DNA of 50,767 nt from an uncultured Planctomycetales bacterium (GCA_964619935.1 CAZUGO010000081.1:1-50767), one strand, 5' to 3'. Shown: positions 24,930 through 34,870, numbered from the stretch's first letter. Numbers and translations: made by a program. The notes: generated by a model from the sequence alone, not told the origin.

Positions 24930-25988
24930 ATGCCAGATTCACAACCCGCTGTCATTCAACGAGCTAAGGTCTTGCATGACTCGCCTCTGTGCCGGGACCA
25001 CCACCGCATGACCTTGCAGGTGGCGCGCTTCCCGGAATGCTTCCCCGGTCAATTCATCCACCTCATTCCCGAGATCGCGCTGCGCGAGCCGCGCGTGCTG
25101 ACCTGGGCGGCCGTGTGCGCGGGTCAGGCGGGCGGCGAAGTGCAGGATGAGATCATCATTCGACGGGCCTACAGCATCGCCGAGGTCCATCGTACAAACC
25201 GCGTCGTGGAATTGGACGTCATTTACCGCGTCACCGGCAAAGTCACAACGGCGCTGTCGCGACTTGGACCCGGCGGCATCATCAATGTGCTGGGACCGCT
25301 TGGCAATCATTACGCGGTGCACTCGGGTAAGCGGTGCGCGCTGCTGGTGGCCGGCGGAGTGGGCGTACCGGCGTTGCTGTGGTGGGCCAGATCGCTGGCT
25401 GCCGGCGGGCTGCGGGTGCTGTTTTTTGTGGGCGCCCGCAGCGCGGACCTGGTGCCATTGCGTCTGGATCAATCACAACGCAGTCAGACCACCGGTGATT
25501 CGCAGCCGATCGCGGCCGAGTTGACGGCACATGGAATCGAATTGGTGGTGGCCACGGATGATGGTTCCTTAGGCCACGCCGGGCTGGTCACGGAGCCGTT
25601 CGAACGGTTCGTCGAGGCCCATGCCGGGCAAATCGCGACGCTGACCGCATACACCTGCGGTCCGGAGCCGATGATGGCGCAAGTGGCAACGATCTGTGCC
25701 CGCTGGGACCTCGATGGCGCTGCTTGTCTCGAACGATCCATGGCTTGCGGAATGGGCACCTGCCAGTCTTGTGTCGTTCCGGTTCGCGACACCACCGCCC
25801 CCGACGGATGGCGTTACCGATTGTGCTGCACCGACGGGCCGATTTTTGACTGTCGCGAGGTGTGTTGGTCCCATGGGTCAGCGCAGCCCGCGGGCTCCCA
25901 GCAGACCGATTGCACGCTTGCACAAGGAGACCCCCATGCAGGAGTTGACCCTGGAACAGGCCAACGCGGCAATTCAGGCTGCTCATGA
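24930..25988 (+). CDS. PyrK-like FAD/NAD(P)-binding oxidoreductase with C-terminal 2Fe-2S cluster motif
   Basis: N-terminus ...MTLQV...PGQFIHL, as in the dihydroorotate dehydrogenase electron-transfer subunit. C-terminus [11 protein letters not shown]...C. No pyrD adjacent, so pathway assignment is open. Confidence 0.75.
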   Translation: MPDSQPAVIQRAKVLHDSPLCRDHHRMTLQVARFPECFPGQFIHLIPEIALREPRVLTWAAVCAGQAGGEVQDEIIIRRAYSIAEVHRTNRVVELDVIYRVTGKVTTALSRLGPGGIINVLGPLGNHYAVHSGKRCALLVAGGVGVPALLWWARSLAAGGLRVLFFVGARSADLVPLRLDQSQRSQTTGDSQPIAAELTAHGIELVVATDDGSLGHAGLVTEPFERFVEAHAGQIATLTAYTCGPEPMMAQVATICARWDLDGAACLERSMACGMGTCQSCVVPVRDTTAPDGWRYRLCCTDGPIFDCREVCWSHGSAQPAGSQQTDCTLAQGDPHAGVDPGTGQRGNSGCS

Positions 25989-26340
25989 GAAATCTCGTCA
26001 GATCGGCGTGGCCATGAACATCGCAGTTGTGGATGCCGGTGCCAACCTGAAGGCTTTCTCGAGAATGGATGGCGCCTGGTTGGGATCGATCGACATCGCC
26101 GTCAAGAAAGCCCGTACCGCCCGGTTCTTCAACATGAACACCGGCGATCTCGGCAAGCTGTCGCAGCCGGGTGGGTCGCTGTTCAACATCGAACATTCCA
26201 ACGACGGGCTGATCACGTTTCCCGGAGGCGTGCTGCTGCGCCGGTCCGACGGCACGATCGTCGGGGCCATCGGCGTGTCCGGCAGCATCGTTGAACACGA
26301 TCACGCCGTCGCCCAAGCCGGTGCTGCCGCCGTGGGCTGA
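25936..26340 (+). CDS. GlcG/DUF336 (HbpS-like) family protein
   Basis: Start MQELTLEQ with AAGGAGA RBS. The pattern [19 protein letters not shown]...GAIGVSG matches DUF336. Confidence 0.8.
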   Translation: MQELTLEQANAAIQAAHEKSRQIGVAMNIAVVDAGANLKAFSRMDGAWLGSIDIAVKKARTARFFNMNTGDLGKLSQPGGSLFNIEHSNDGLITFPGGVLLRRSDGTIVGAIGVSGSIVEHDHAVAQAGAAAVG

Positions 26341-26581
26341 GCCGACGAGGGCATGCGACGCCACCGGCACACGCGTTTTTCAGCGGCAGTTGGGGGTCCG
26401 ATCATCCGGACCGACGTGCGGACCGGACGGTGGGTAACTCATTTTTGGATAGAGTATTAGCGTTGTCCCGGCGCCGCGTTGGAGGGCGGTAGCGCGGATT
26501 GATCCGGGCACCCCCACTGCCGGAGCGGTATCATGGCAGCAGTGTCAGCGAGGGCAGGGGTTCCTGGGGGAGCGTCGGGCG

Positions 26582-29500
26582 ATGCGCTGGTTGAGACCGC
26601 ACTTGTTGGGCTGGGTGATCCTGAGCGGCGCGGCTCTGCCGCCGCTTGCAGCCCGGGATGTGGCCATGCCACCGGAGGCGGTTACCGATGCCACGCCTCG
26701 GCACCTGATCATCAATCAGATCTTGGGCCTGCGGGCCAGCCACCTGGTGTCGGTGGTGCTGTCCAATGATCCGGCCGGGGACGGCGTCCTTGCGACCTTG
26801 TCCCTGGATGGCCTCCCGGCGACGCTCCACTTGCGTTCGCACTCAGTGCGCTCCGACGCCTACCAGCTTCAGCTTGGACTTCCTGATGGCTCACGCCTCA
26901 CGGCGCCTTCGGGCCCGCTTCGGACCCTGCGCGGTATCGTCGAGGGTCATCCAGGCGCGGTGGTCGCGGGCTCACTGGGCACCGCCGGGTTAACGGCGCG
27001 CCTGCTGATGGCGGACGGACGGCGGCTGTGGCTGGAGCCCCTGGCGCCGCTGCTGGCGACGGCCGACCCAGGGGAGTACGTCGTGTACCAGGACGATGAC
27101 GTCACCGGCAGCGCCGGCGCATGCCGCGCCGTTCAAGACCGAGCGGCACAAGCCGCGTTGCTCAATCGCCGCGCCTTCGGTGCACCCTTCTGCACGGACG
27201 GTTTGTGTGTCGCCGAACTGGCTTGCGACGCGGACGTGGAGTACTTTGAGCACTGGGGCAGCATCGAGGCCGTCGAGGAGCGGATCAACAGCGTGATCAA
27301 TGCCGTGAACCTGCAGTTCGAGCGCGATGTTCAGATCAGCCACCTGATCACGACCCTCGTGATTCGCATGAGTGAGCCCGACCCATATGACGCATCCGAC
27401 GCCGATGCGCTGCTCAGCCAGTTCCGCCTCCATTGGCTTGTCAATCACACCGAGGTGCCGCGCGACCTCGCCCAATTGTTCACCGGGCGGAACCTCGACG
27501 GGACCACCGTGGGCGTGGCTTGGGTCGGTTCGGTGTGTGACAATCGGGCGTACTCGGTGGTGCAATCGGATTGGAGCAGCCAGTTCGGCTGTTCCACTGA
27601 CCTCAGCGCCCACGAGTTTGGACACAACTGGGGTGCAATCCACTGTGCGTGCCCGCAGCACACCATGAATCCATGGATTATTTGCGCCAACCAGTTCCAT
27701 CCCCAATTCACCATTCCGGACATCACCGGGTTTCGCGACACCCTGGAGTGCCTGAACGGGGTCGAGCCGGAGTGCGGCAACCAGGCCTGTGAGCCGTCCG
27801 AGAGTCCCTGCTCCTGCCCGACGGACTGCGGCGGCTGCTGCCTCGATGACGACTGCGACGACGGCATCGAGTGTACGGCCAACGGCTGCGATGTGGCGCA
27901 CGGCGAGTGCTTGTCCGTGCCCCTGGACGAAGACTGCGACAACGGCCTGCTTTGCGACGGGTCGGAGCAGTGTGACCCGTCCATCGGCTGCGTCCCGGGC
28001 ATCCCGGTGATCTGTGACGACGGTGTGGACTGCACGATCGATCAATGCAACGAGCAGGCTGGAGGGTGCACCCACCTGCCGGACGCGGCCCGCTGCGACG
28101 ACGATTTGTCGTGCAACGGTGCGGAGATTTGCGCGGCGGACGCCGGGTGTCTGCCGGGTTTGCCGCTGGACTGCGACGATGGGGTCGACTGCACGATCGA
28201 TCAATGCGACGAGCAGGCTGGAGGGTGCACCCACCTGCCGGATGCGGCCCGCTGCGACGACGATTTGTCGTGCAACGGTGCGGAGATTTGCGCGGCGGAC
28301 GCCGGGTGCCTGCCGGGCTTGCCGCTGGACTGCGACGATGGGGTCGACTGCACTGAAGACCGTTGCGACGATGCAGCCGGGTGCATCCATGAGCCCGTTG
28401 ATGCAGATTGTGCGGACGGTGTCTTTTGCAACGGGAGCGAATGGTGCGACGTGCTGGCCGGTTGTCAATCCGCCGCTGGGTCCCCGTGCGACGATGGGGT
28501 GGCCTGCACCGTGGAGACTTGCGATGAGCAAGCCGGTCGTTGCATGGTGCTTGCCGATCACGGGACCTGCGACAACGGCTTGTTCTGCGATGGTCCGGAG
28601 CAGTGTGACCTGCTCGCCGGCTGTCTGACTGGCACACCGCCGTGTGCCGAGGGCCTGTGCGATGAGCAAAGCCAAACCTGCCTGTGTGAGACCGAGGCCG
28701 ATTGTGCCGATCTCCCCGACGATTGCCTGACGGCGGTGTGTGATCCAGAGACGGGCATCTGCCAGACGAAAGCGGCGGCAGCGGAAACAGCGTGCGATGA
28801 CGGCGATCCGTGCTCCAGCGGCGATCGCTGTGCTGACGGCATTTGCCTTGGCGATGCCCTGGATTGCGACGACGACGATCCTTGCACTGCGGATTCCTGC
28901 AGCGACGGCGTGTGTCAGCACGATGCGGTCCTAGGCGATCTCGATGGGGACCAGGAACCGGATTGTTCTGACGGCTGCCCCCAGGATCCCGCGAAGACCG
29001 CGCCCGGGGCATGCGGCTGTGGTGTCCCGGAGGGTACTTGCGGGGTGCCGTTCGGCGGCGGCTCGTCCGGCGGCGGCGGGGGCGACTCTTGCGTGCCGTC
29101 GTCCTGCGACGATGGTGACGACTGTACGGCGGACTCCTGCATTGCAGGGGCCTGCGTGCACACCCCGATCCTCTGCGATGACGACGACGCCTGTACCAGC
29201 GACAGGTGCCGGGAGGGCGCCTGCGACCATGAACCCCTGGATTGTGCCGACCAGGATGCCTGCACCATCGACCAATGCCAGGACGGGTTCTGCAGTCATG
29301 CTCCGATGGACTGTGACGACGGTGACGGCTGCACCCTTGATTCTTGTGTGGATGGTGCCTGCGTGGGGAATCCCCTGGATTGTGATGACGGCGACCCCTG
29401 CACCATCGATGACTGCGGCGCCGGCGCGTGCACGCACGTCGCGGTGGCCTGCGACGATGGTGACGCGTGCACCCAGGATGTCTGCGACCCGGCAGCCGGT

Positions 29501-29836
29501 GGGTGCCTGCATCAGGCCTTCGATTGCGATGCGGACGGCGATGGGGTGGCGGATGTGGACGACCTTTGCCCACAGACGGCACCGGCCGAAGTCGATGCCC
29601 AGGGTTGCTCGGCGGCGCAGCGCGACCCGGCACCGGCCGGGCAGGAGGATCCTTCCCAAATGCCCGGCGCGGATCCGGACGACTTGGGGCAGCCCGGGTG
29701 CGGCGCCTGCCAGCCCCAACCGCTTGCCATGGTCCTGATGCTGCTGGGCTTCCTGGGGCTGCGCCGGCGGTGCGCTCTGAACGGAAACGGCCGGTCGTCC
29801 GCCGCCGACCCACGGCCGCGCCGTCGATCCGGCTAA
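26582..29836 (+). CDS. secreted metzincin zinc-metalloprotease with ~15 Myxococcus-type Cys-rich repeats and a MYXO-CTERM-like C-terminal sorting tail
   Basis: Signal peptide MRWLRPHLLGWVILSGAALPPLAA. Zinc-binding signature HEFGHNWGAIH (HExxHxxGxxH). About 800 aa of CxDGxxCTxDxCxxGxCxH repeats. C-terminal GCGACQPQPLAMVLMLLGFLGLRRR (Cys, TM helix, then Arg cluster). Confidence 0.8.
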   Translation: MRWLRPHLLGWVILSGAALPPLAARDVAMPPEAVTDATPRHLIINQILGLRASHLVSVVLSNDPAGDGVLATLSLDGLPATLHLRSHSVRSDAYQLQLGLPDGSRLTAPSGPLRTLRGIVEGHPGAVVAGSLGTAGLTARLLMADGRRLWLEPLAPLLATADPGEYVVYQDDDVTGSAGACRAVQDRAAQAALLNRRAFGAPFCTDGLCVAELACDADVEYFEHWGSIEAVEERINSVINAVNLQFERDVQISHLITTLVIRMSEPDPYDASDADALLSQFRLHWLVNHTEVPRDLAQLFTGRNLDGTTVGVAWVGSVCDNRAYSVVQSDWSSQFGCSTDLSAHEFGHNWGAIHCACPQHTMNPWIICANQFHPQFTIPDITGFRDTLECLNGVEPECGNQACEPSESPCSCPTDCGGCCLDDDCDDGIECTANGCDVAHGECLSVPLDEDCDNGLLCDGSEQCDPSIGCVPGIPVICDDGVDCTIDQCNEQAGGCTHLPDAARCDDDLSCNGAEICAADAGCLPGLPLDCDDGVDCTIDQCDEQAGGCTHLPDAARCDDDLSCNGAEICAADAGCLPGLPLDCDDGVDCTEDRCDDAAGCIHEPVDADCADGVFCNGSEWCDVLAGCQSAAGSPCDDGVACTVETCDEQAGRCMVLADHGTCDNGLFCDGPEQCDLLAGCLTGTPPCAEGLCDEQSQTCLCETEADCADLPDDCLTAVCDPETGICQTKAAAAETACDDGDPCSSGDRCADGICLGDALDCDDDDPCTADSCSDGVCQHDAVLGDLDGDQEPDCSDGCPQDPAKTAPGACGCGVPEGTCGVPFGGGSSGGGGGDSCVPSSCDDGDDCTADSCIAGACVHTPILCDDDDACTSDRCREGACDHEPLDCADQDACTIDQCQDGFCSHAPMDCDDGDGCTLDSCVDGACVGNPLDCDDGDPCTIDDCGAGACTHVAVACDDGDACTQDVCDPAAGGCLHQAFDCDADGDGVADVDDLCPQTAPAEVDAQGCSAAQRDPAPAGQEDPSQMPGADPDDLGQPGCGACQPQPLAMVLMLLGFLGLRRRCALNGNGRSSAADPRPRRRSG
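28024..28341 (+). repeat. near-perfect 159-bp tandem duplication (two copies, ~97% identical) inside the Cys-rich repeat region
   Basis: tgcacgatcgatcaatgc occurs at 28030 and 28189 (offset 159). The copies differ at ~5 positions. Each encodes 53 aa (CDDGVDCTIDQC[N/D]EQAGGCTHLPDAARCDDDLSCNGAEICAADAGCLPGLPLD). Confidence 0.85.
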
Positions 29837-30339
29837 GTCCCCACGGTTCGTTCCATGACCGCCACGGGACAGCCTTGGTGCTGGGTATGCTGCAGGAGCG
29901 TCCAGCCCAGCCCAGCGTAAAAGCGCTCTTTGTCGGGCGTGTACAGGTAAATGCGGGCGAACCCCTGGGTGCGGGCTTCCTCGACAACCCGCAGGACCAG
30001 GCGGGCGCCGATGCCGCGGCGGCGATGTTCCGGAGCCACGAATACGCTGGCCAGCCAGGGCGTCAACTCAAACTGCCCGTGCATGTCGTCCGTCACCAGG
30101 CTCGCGGAACCCAGCGCCGTCTCGGAACGGCAGGCCACGAAGGTCCTGGGAATGCCGCCGTGGAGCAAATGTCGGCGCATGCGGGTCTCACGCTGTTCCA
30201 GGGTGTCCGCGGGGTTCAGGGCACGCCACTGTTCATGGTGCCAGCGGGCCAGGATCGGCAGGCAATCCGGCCGGTCGGCAAGATCGACGATTACCAGCGG
30301 CAAGGGACCTCCGGGAGCGGTGCAGTCGTTGGGGTTCAT
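29833..30339 (-). CDS. GNAT-family N-acetyltransferase
   Basis: Motif RRRGIGARLV (acetyl-CoA-binding motif A) near the C-terminus. The ATG at 30339 overlaps the pyrC stop (ATGA). Confidence 0.8.
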   Translation of the reverse strand: MNPNDCTAPGGPLPLVIVDLADRPDCLPILARWHHEQWRALNPADTLEQRETRMRRHLLHGGIPRTFVACRSETALGSASLVTDDMHGQFELTPWLASVFVAPEHRRRGIGARLVLRVVEEARTQGFARIYLYTPDKERFYAGLGWTLLQHTQHQGCPVAVMERTVGT

Positions 30340-31634
30340 CCAATTACACCTTGCTGATCGGTGTATCGCAGGACACCTCCGACAATGGTACACACGGCCC
30401 GCCCCAGGACACGAAGCCCGTCGAAGGGGCAATTGCGCCCTTTGGAATGGAAGCGGTCGACATCAATGGTCCAATCCGCCTGCGGATCGATGAGCGTCAC
30501 GTCAGCGGGTATTCCGGGGTGCAGGGTTCCGCCGGGCAATCCAAAGACTCGCGCCGGCGTCGCGCTCATCAGCTCGACCAGGCGCGGCCACCCGATGACC
30601 CCAGGCTCGATGAGCGCCCGGACGAACAGCGGCAGCGCGGTCTCCAGCCCGATGATGCCAGGCGGGGCCTCCCGGAAGCCGCAGGCCTTCTCCGTGGCGG
30701 TGTGCGGGGCGTGGTCGGTGACCAGCATGTCGATGGTGCCGTCACGGATGCCGTCAAGGCAGGCCTGGAGGTCGGCGGCCGTCCGCAGGGGTGGATTCAT
30801 CTTGAAGTTGGCATCCAGCGTACCGCAGGCCGCATCCGTCAGCAGCAGGTGGTGCGGGCAGACCTCGGTGGTGACCGCAACGCCGCGGGCTTTCGCCGTG
30901 GCCACCAGTGCCACGGCCCGGCGCGTGGAGATGTGGGCCACGTGATAGCGGGCGTGGTGGCCTTCCGCCAGGGCTAGGTCGCGGGCGATCATCAACTCTT
31001 CGGCCAGCGGAGACAGCCCCGGTAACCCCAGGCGCTTCGAGACCCGACCCTTGTGCATGATCCCACCGCCGACGCTGCGATCCTCACAGTGTTGAATAGC
31101 CGGCACGCCCAGGCGGGCCAGTCGGAGCAGTGCCTGCGACATCAGCTTGCCATCGTCAACGCCATCCCCGTCGTCGCTGAAGGCAATGGCGCCCGCATCA
31201 CGCAGGGCCTCAAAGTCAGCAAGTTCCGTCCCGCAGCGCCCCCGCGTGAGGCAGGCGATCGGATAGACCCGACAATGTGCGCTGCTGCGGATTGACTCCT
31301 GCAACAGGCCAATCCGTTCAGGCCGATCCAGGGGCGGCTGAGTGTTGGGCATGCACGCCACGGCGCTGAAGCCGCCGGCCACGGCGGCGGCTGTACCGCT
31401 CTCTATGGTCTCCTGGTGCTCGCCGCCTGGCTCACGCAGGTGCACGTGCATGTCAATCAGCCCGGGGGTCACCAGCAGATTGGCAGCGTCGATCGCCAGG
31501 TCAGCCGAAGGACGGCTGTCCGAGCAGCTGCGGACCACGCCATCGGAAATAAAGACATTGCAAATCCGATTCAATCCCGAAGCCGGGTCGATCACTGTGC
31601 CGTCATGAATCAGGATCGAGGGGAGGGGGTTCAT
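30336..31634 (-). CDS. pyrC: dihydroorotase (multimeric type)
   Basis: Motifs DMHVHLREPG, FSDDG, HxH metal ligands and VTDHAPH. 432 aa. Confidence 0.9.
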   Translation of the reverse strand: MNPLPSILIHDGTVIDPASGLNRICNVFISDGVVRSCSDSRPSADLAIDAANLLVTPGLIDMHVHLREPGGEHQETIESGTAAAVAGGFSAVACMPNTQPPLDRPERIGLLQESIRSSAHCRVYPIACLTRGRCGTELADFEALRDAGAIAFSDDGDGVDDGKLMSQALLRLARLGVPAIQHCEDRSVGGGIMHKGRVSKRLGLPGLSPLAEELMIARDLALAEGHHARYHVAHISTRRAVALVATAKARGVAVTTEVCPHHLLLTDAACGTLDANFKMNPPLRTAADLQACLDGIRDGTIDMLVTDHAPHTATEKACGFREAPPGIIGLETALPLFVRALIEPGVIGWPRLVELMSATPARVFGLPGGTLHPGIPADVTLIDPQADWTIDVDRFHSKGRNCPFDGLRVLGRAVCTIVGGVLRYTDQQGVIG

Positions 31635-31957
31635 GGAACACCTGTGGTCATAAGGTCTGCCACGCCCGTCCTCTGTAATTGCTGGCGGGTCGCGCCGTGG
31701 GCGTAGCGAGCCTGTTGTTTACTTTTTGCTGACATTGCAGATCGCTGCGGATCCCAGGTGCCGGGAGGCCCAACCCAATCGGCGGTTCGTACCGCGCCAG
31801 GCGTGGTCATTGTCTCCTAAAAGGGCAAACGCGGTAAAGGGTTACGACAACCTGTGCATTTTGTCAAATATGTCGTGGATCGCGGCATGAGCACCAGTTA
31901 TAATCGCGCCAAGCTGCGAGCCCGTTCCCAAACCGTTTTCGAAGGATATGGCGCCCA

Positions 31958-32539
31958 ATGAGAAACAGACTAGAACTCGGACAGTCTCGGCAAAGCATCG
32001 ATGACTTGCACTTCTTCTTGTACCACAGAGCTTTGCATCCGGAACTGTTCCACATTCACCATGTGCGTCAATTGCGTCAAAAGCGCTACACCGCTGAGGT
32101 GTGGGTCATCGGGCTGTCCCATGTGGTGATGGTCCAGGCCAAGAACCAGGTGATCACCGAGTTGACTGCCAGCGACAGTGACATGTTGCCCAAGATGGGA
32201 CTGGCCGCCCGCTTCCGCTTCCGCGGCGAGAAGGACCACACTCAGGGTTTTGAGAGTGGCATGCACTATATCATGTCCAGCCAGGTGGAGCGCATGACCC
32301 CCAACCTGTTTGCGGCGTCACACCGCGACCTAATGCGTCACGCCAAGGAGCGGGGCATTTTTTGCACCTTCCCGGAATGGAGTTCCGGCGACCTCGAGCC
32401 GTTTACCTTTATCGACTACGAGTGTCGTGACGCCGAGATGCACATTCATGCCTTCCATGCGTTTCCGGATGAACTGACCCTGCTGAAGACCCAGTCGATC
32501 TTCGAGTTGGCGCCGCGGTCACCCGGCATGGGTCGTTGA
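31958..32539 (+). CDS. hypothetical protein (193 aa)
   Basis: Clean ORF with His-rich segments. A strong -10-like TTATAAT lies at 31898-31904 upstream. No assignable family. Confidence 0.5.
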   Translation: MRNRLELGQSRQSIDDLHFFLYHRALHPELFHIHHVRQLRQKRYTAEVWVIGLSHVVMVQAKNQVITELTASDSDMLPKMGLAARFRFRGEKDHTQGFESGMHYIMSSQVERMTPNLFAASHRDLMRHAKERGIFCTFPEWSSGDLEPFTFIDYECRDAEMHIHAFHAFPDELTLLKTQSIFELAPRSPGMGR

Positions 32540-32591
32540 GCGCCCCCGGGCATTTGCGGGAGGCGGCTCCCATTTACTGAAGGCCCGCCGA

Positions 32592-33875
32592 TTGCGGTCA
32601 AGGCCCGGTTGCTGCACGTCCGATATTCTTCCAGACGCCTGCCTCGGGCGGGTTTCCGGAGTTGTTGCCGTGGGTGCAGTCGGCCTATCCTTGTCGCTAT
32701 TGTCACTGGCAGGAATGCCGCCGGTCGCTTCGGACCAGGTGCCAGCGGTGTCGACGCGGGCGGTGGACTTGCATTATGCGGTTCCCGGGTCGGCGCTGCC
32801 TTTGCAGGAAGTCGCGTTGTGGATCAAGCGCGAAGGCAGTCTGGAGTGGCAGCGCTACGGCAGCGATGACGACCTGCAACCGCCGATCCGATTTGTGGTC
32901 CCTGACGAAGGCAGCTACGCGCTGTTCTTCGTGATGACCAACGCCGTGGGGCAATCTTCGGGTCCGCCTCAGCCGGGCGACAAGGGCCACGGTGCGGTGC
33001 TGGCGGATTGGACGGCCCCGCTGGTGCAGATTCAGGGGCTGGCGGTGGATGAATCGACCAAGCCCCCGCGGCTCATGGTTCGGTGGTCGGCATTCGATGC
33101 CAATCTGCCCTCCCGTCCCGTGACGCTTCTCTTTCGGCAATCCGACCAACCGCAGTGGCAGACCTTGTCATCGGACCTGGCGAACTCAGGCCGTCATGAT
33201 TGGGAGATTCCCGCGACGGTGCACGGCGCCCTGGAGATTCGGGTGCTCGTGACCGACTTGGCGGGAAACGCGGCTTCCGATCAGGGCGGTCCGCTGGAGG
33301 TGCTTCAGCCACTGCCCGAGCAGCAGTCGTCGGGTCCAGCGGCGGCACCACCCGCGGCGCGTCGGGCGCGCGCCCTCGACGTGGAGGTTCGATCCGATCA
33401 GGCGCGCGAGCAGGCGCAGCAGTTGTACAAGCTGGGCATCTGGCACAAGGATCGCGGAGACACGCGGTTGGCGATTCAGCGGCTGCTTGAGGCCATGAAT
33501 CACGATCCCGGAACCGTGGCCGCCGCTTATGAACTCGCGGAACTCTATTATCTTGAGGGCAACTACAAGAACGCCGCGAGCATCTACCAGCGGATCCTCA
33601 CCGCGTGTCCGGCGGAGCGCGACGCGTTGCACGGAAACGCCATGGCGTTGGCCGAGCTCAAACGTTATCCTGAGGCCCTGGAGCGTTTGGAGCAAATCCT
33701 GGCGACGCAACCCTCGGATGCCGCGACCTGGTTGAACTCCGGCGACATCTGCCTGATGATGGGGCGCACCGAGGAGGCCCGCCGCCGCTGGCGGGAGGCC
33801 TCGAAGCGGAGCCCGTGGCCCGGCGAAGTGGCACGAAGCTCACGGCAGCGACTGCGGCGATTCGCCGCTGATTGA
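32592..33875 (+). CDS. secreted protein with C-terminal TPR repeats
   Basis: Hydrophobic signal-like N-terminus. C-terminal TPR-like repeats (AAAYELAELYYLEGNYKNAASIYQRIL...GNAMALAELKRYPEALERLEQIL...). The exact start is uncertain. Confidence 0.6.
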   Translation: MRSRPGCCTSDILPDACLGRVSGVVAVGAVGLSLSLLSLAGMPPVASDQVPAVSTRAVDLHYAVPGSALPLQEVALWIKREGSLEWQRYGSDDDLQPPIRFVVPDEGSYALFFVMTNAVGQSSGPPQPGDKGHGAVLADWTAPLVQIQGLAVDESTKPPRLMVRWSAFDANLPSRPVTLLFRQSDQPQWQTLSSDLANSGRHDWEIPATVHGALEIRVLVTDLAGNAASDQGGPLEVLQPLPEQQSSGPAAAPPAARRARALDVEVRSDQAREQAQQLYKLGIWHKDRGDTRLAIQRLLEAMNHDPGTVAAAYELAELYYLEGNYKNAASIYQRILTACPAERDALHGNAMALAELKRYPEALERLEQILATQPSDAATWLNSGDICLMMGRTEEARRRWREASKRSPWPGEVARSSRQRLRRFAAD

Positions 33876-34870
33876 AGGATCCCGTGGCGCAACGGAAACA
33901 GCCATCACCGGCGCAGCCGGCAGTGTGCGTGGTCTTCGGAACCGAGCAGTTCCTGAAGGATCAGGCGGTCGGGCGCATCCGTCAGGCAACCATCGGCGTC
34001 GCGGCCGACTCGCTGGCGTACAGCGAGTTCGACGCCACCGCGGAGCTGTCGGAAGTGCTCGATGAGTTGCGGACCCTGCCCATGCTCGGCGACCGCCGCC
34101 TGGTGGTCGTAGCCGACGCCGACGACTTCGTCAGCCGCCACCGGGAGCCCTTGCAGCGCTATTGCGAATCGCCTTCGGCCAGCGCCTGGCTGTTGCTGGT
34201 GTGCCGCACGTTTGACCGCCGCACGCGGTTGTATCGGACGGTCGCCGCCGAGGGTCAGATCATCGCCTGCGATCCATTGAAGCGCCACCAGGTGGCGGGC
34301 TGGATTCGCAATCACGCCCGCGAGGCCCACGGCTGCACGATGGACGATCGGGCCGCCGCGTTTCTGCAGCAGCTCATCGGTGATGAGCTGTCCGCCCTGG
34401 ATGGCGAGTTGGCGAAACTGGCCACCTACGTGGATGATCGCCGGCGGATCCGGCAGGAGGACATCCGGGCCCTGTGTGGATTCTCTCGCGAAGAGAAGAT
34501 TTTTGGGGTCGGCGATGCCATTACCGGGCGCGACGTCCGGGGGGCGCTGGCGTTCTGGGACCAGGTCTGGAAGACCGACCGGGCCGCGGCCGGGCGGGCC
34601 GTGGGCGGTTTGGCCTGGGCTTTGCGGCGGCATCTGGACGGCAAGTGTCAACTGGAGCGCGGCGAGTCGGTCAGCCGATTGGCCCGGCAGTTGTGGCGTG
34701 ACCCCGGCGAGGTCAAACGCATGATGGACGGCAATTCGCTGTGGCGCATGGAGCAGAATCTGTGCGACCTTGCCCGGGCCGACGTCGATATCAAGACGGG
34801 GCGTGGCCAGCCCCGATCGGTCATCGAACAGTTCATTGTCGCGTGCACGACGGGTGACCCTGCCCGTTAG
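33872..34870 (+). CDS. holA: DNA polymerase III delta subunit
   Basis: Delta-subunit architecture with a conserved N-terminal motif (VCVVFGTEQFLKDQAV). Start is TTG at 33872 overlapping the upstream stop, or GTG at 33884. Confidence 0.75.
   Translation: MKDPVAQRKQPSPAQPAVCVVFGTEQFLKDQAVGRIRQATIGVAADSLAYSEFDATAELSEVLDELRTLPMLGDRRLVVVADADDFVSRHREPLQRYCESPSASAWLLLVCRTFDRRTRLYRTVAAEGQIIACDPLKRHQVAGWIRNHAREAHGCTMDDRAAAFLQQLIGDELSALDGELAKLATYVDDRRRIRQEDIRALCGFSREEKIFGVGDAITGRDVRGALAFWDQVWKTDRAAAGRAVGGLAWALRRHLDGKCQLERGESVSRLARQLWRDPGEVKRMMDGNSLWRMEQNLCDLARADVDIKTGRGQPRSVIEQFIVACTTGDPAR

Noticed and set aside
24930-25988. Calling the attenuator-controlled gene pyrK and the leader a pyrimidine (UTP-sensing) attenuator
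   Set aside because: The protein is PyrK-like, but no pyrD catalytic subunit is adjacent. The next gene is a DUF336/GlcG protein. No PyrR-binding loop motif is visible. The pathway and signal are therefore left open.
31861-31904. TTGTCA … TTATAAT as a promoter for the 31958 gene
   Set aside because: The spacer between the two hexamers is ~32 nt, far from 17 plus or minus 1. Only the -10-like TTATAAT (31898-31904) is retained as a possible element.
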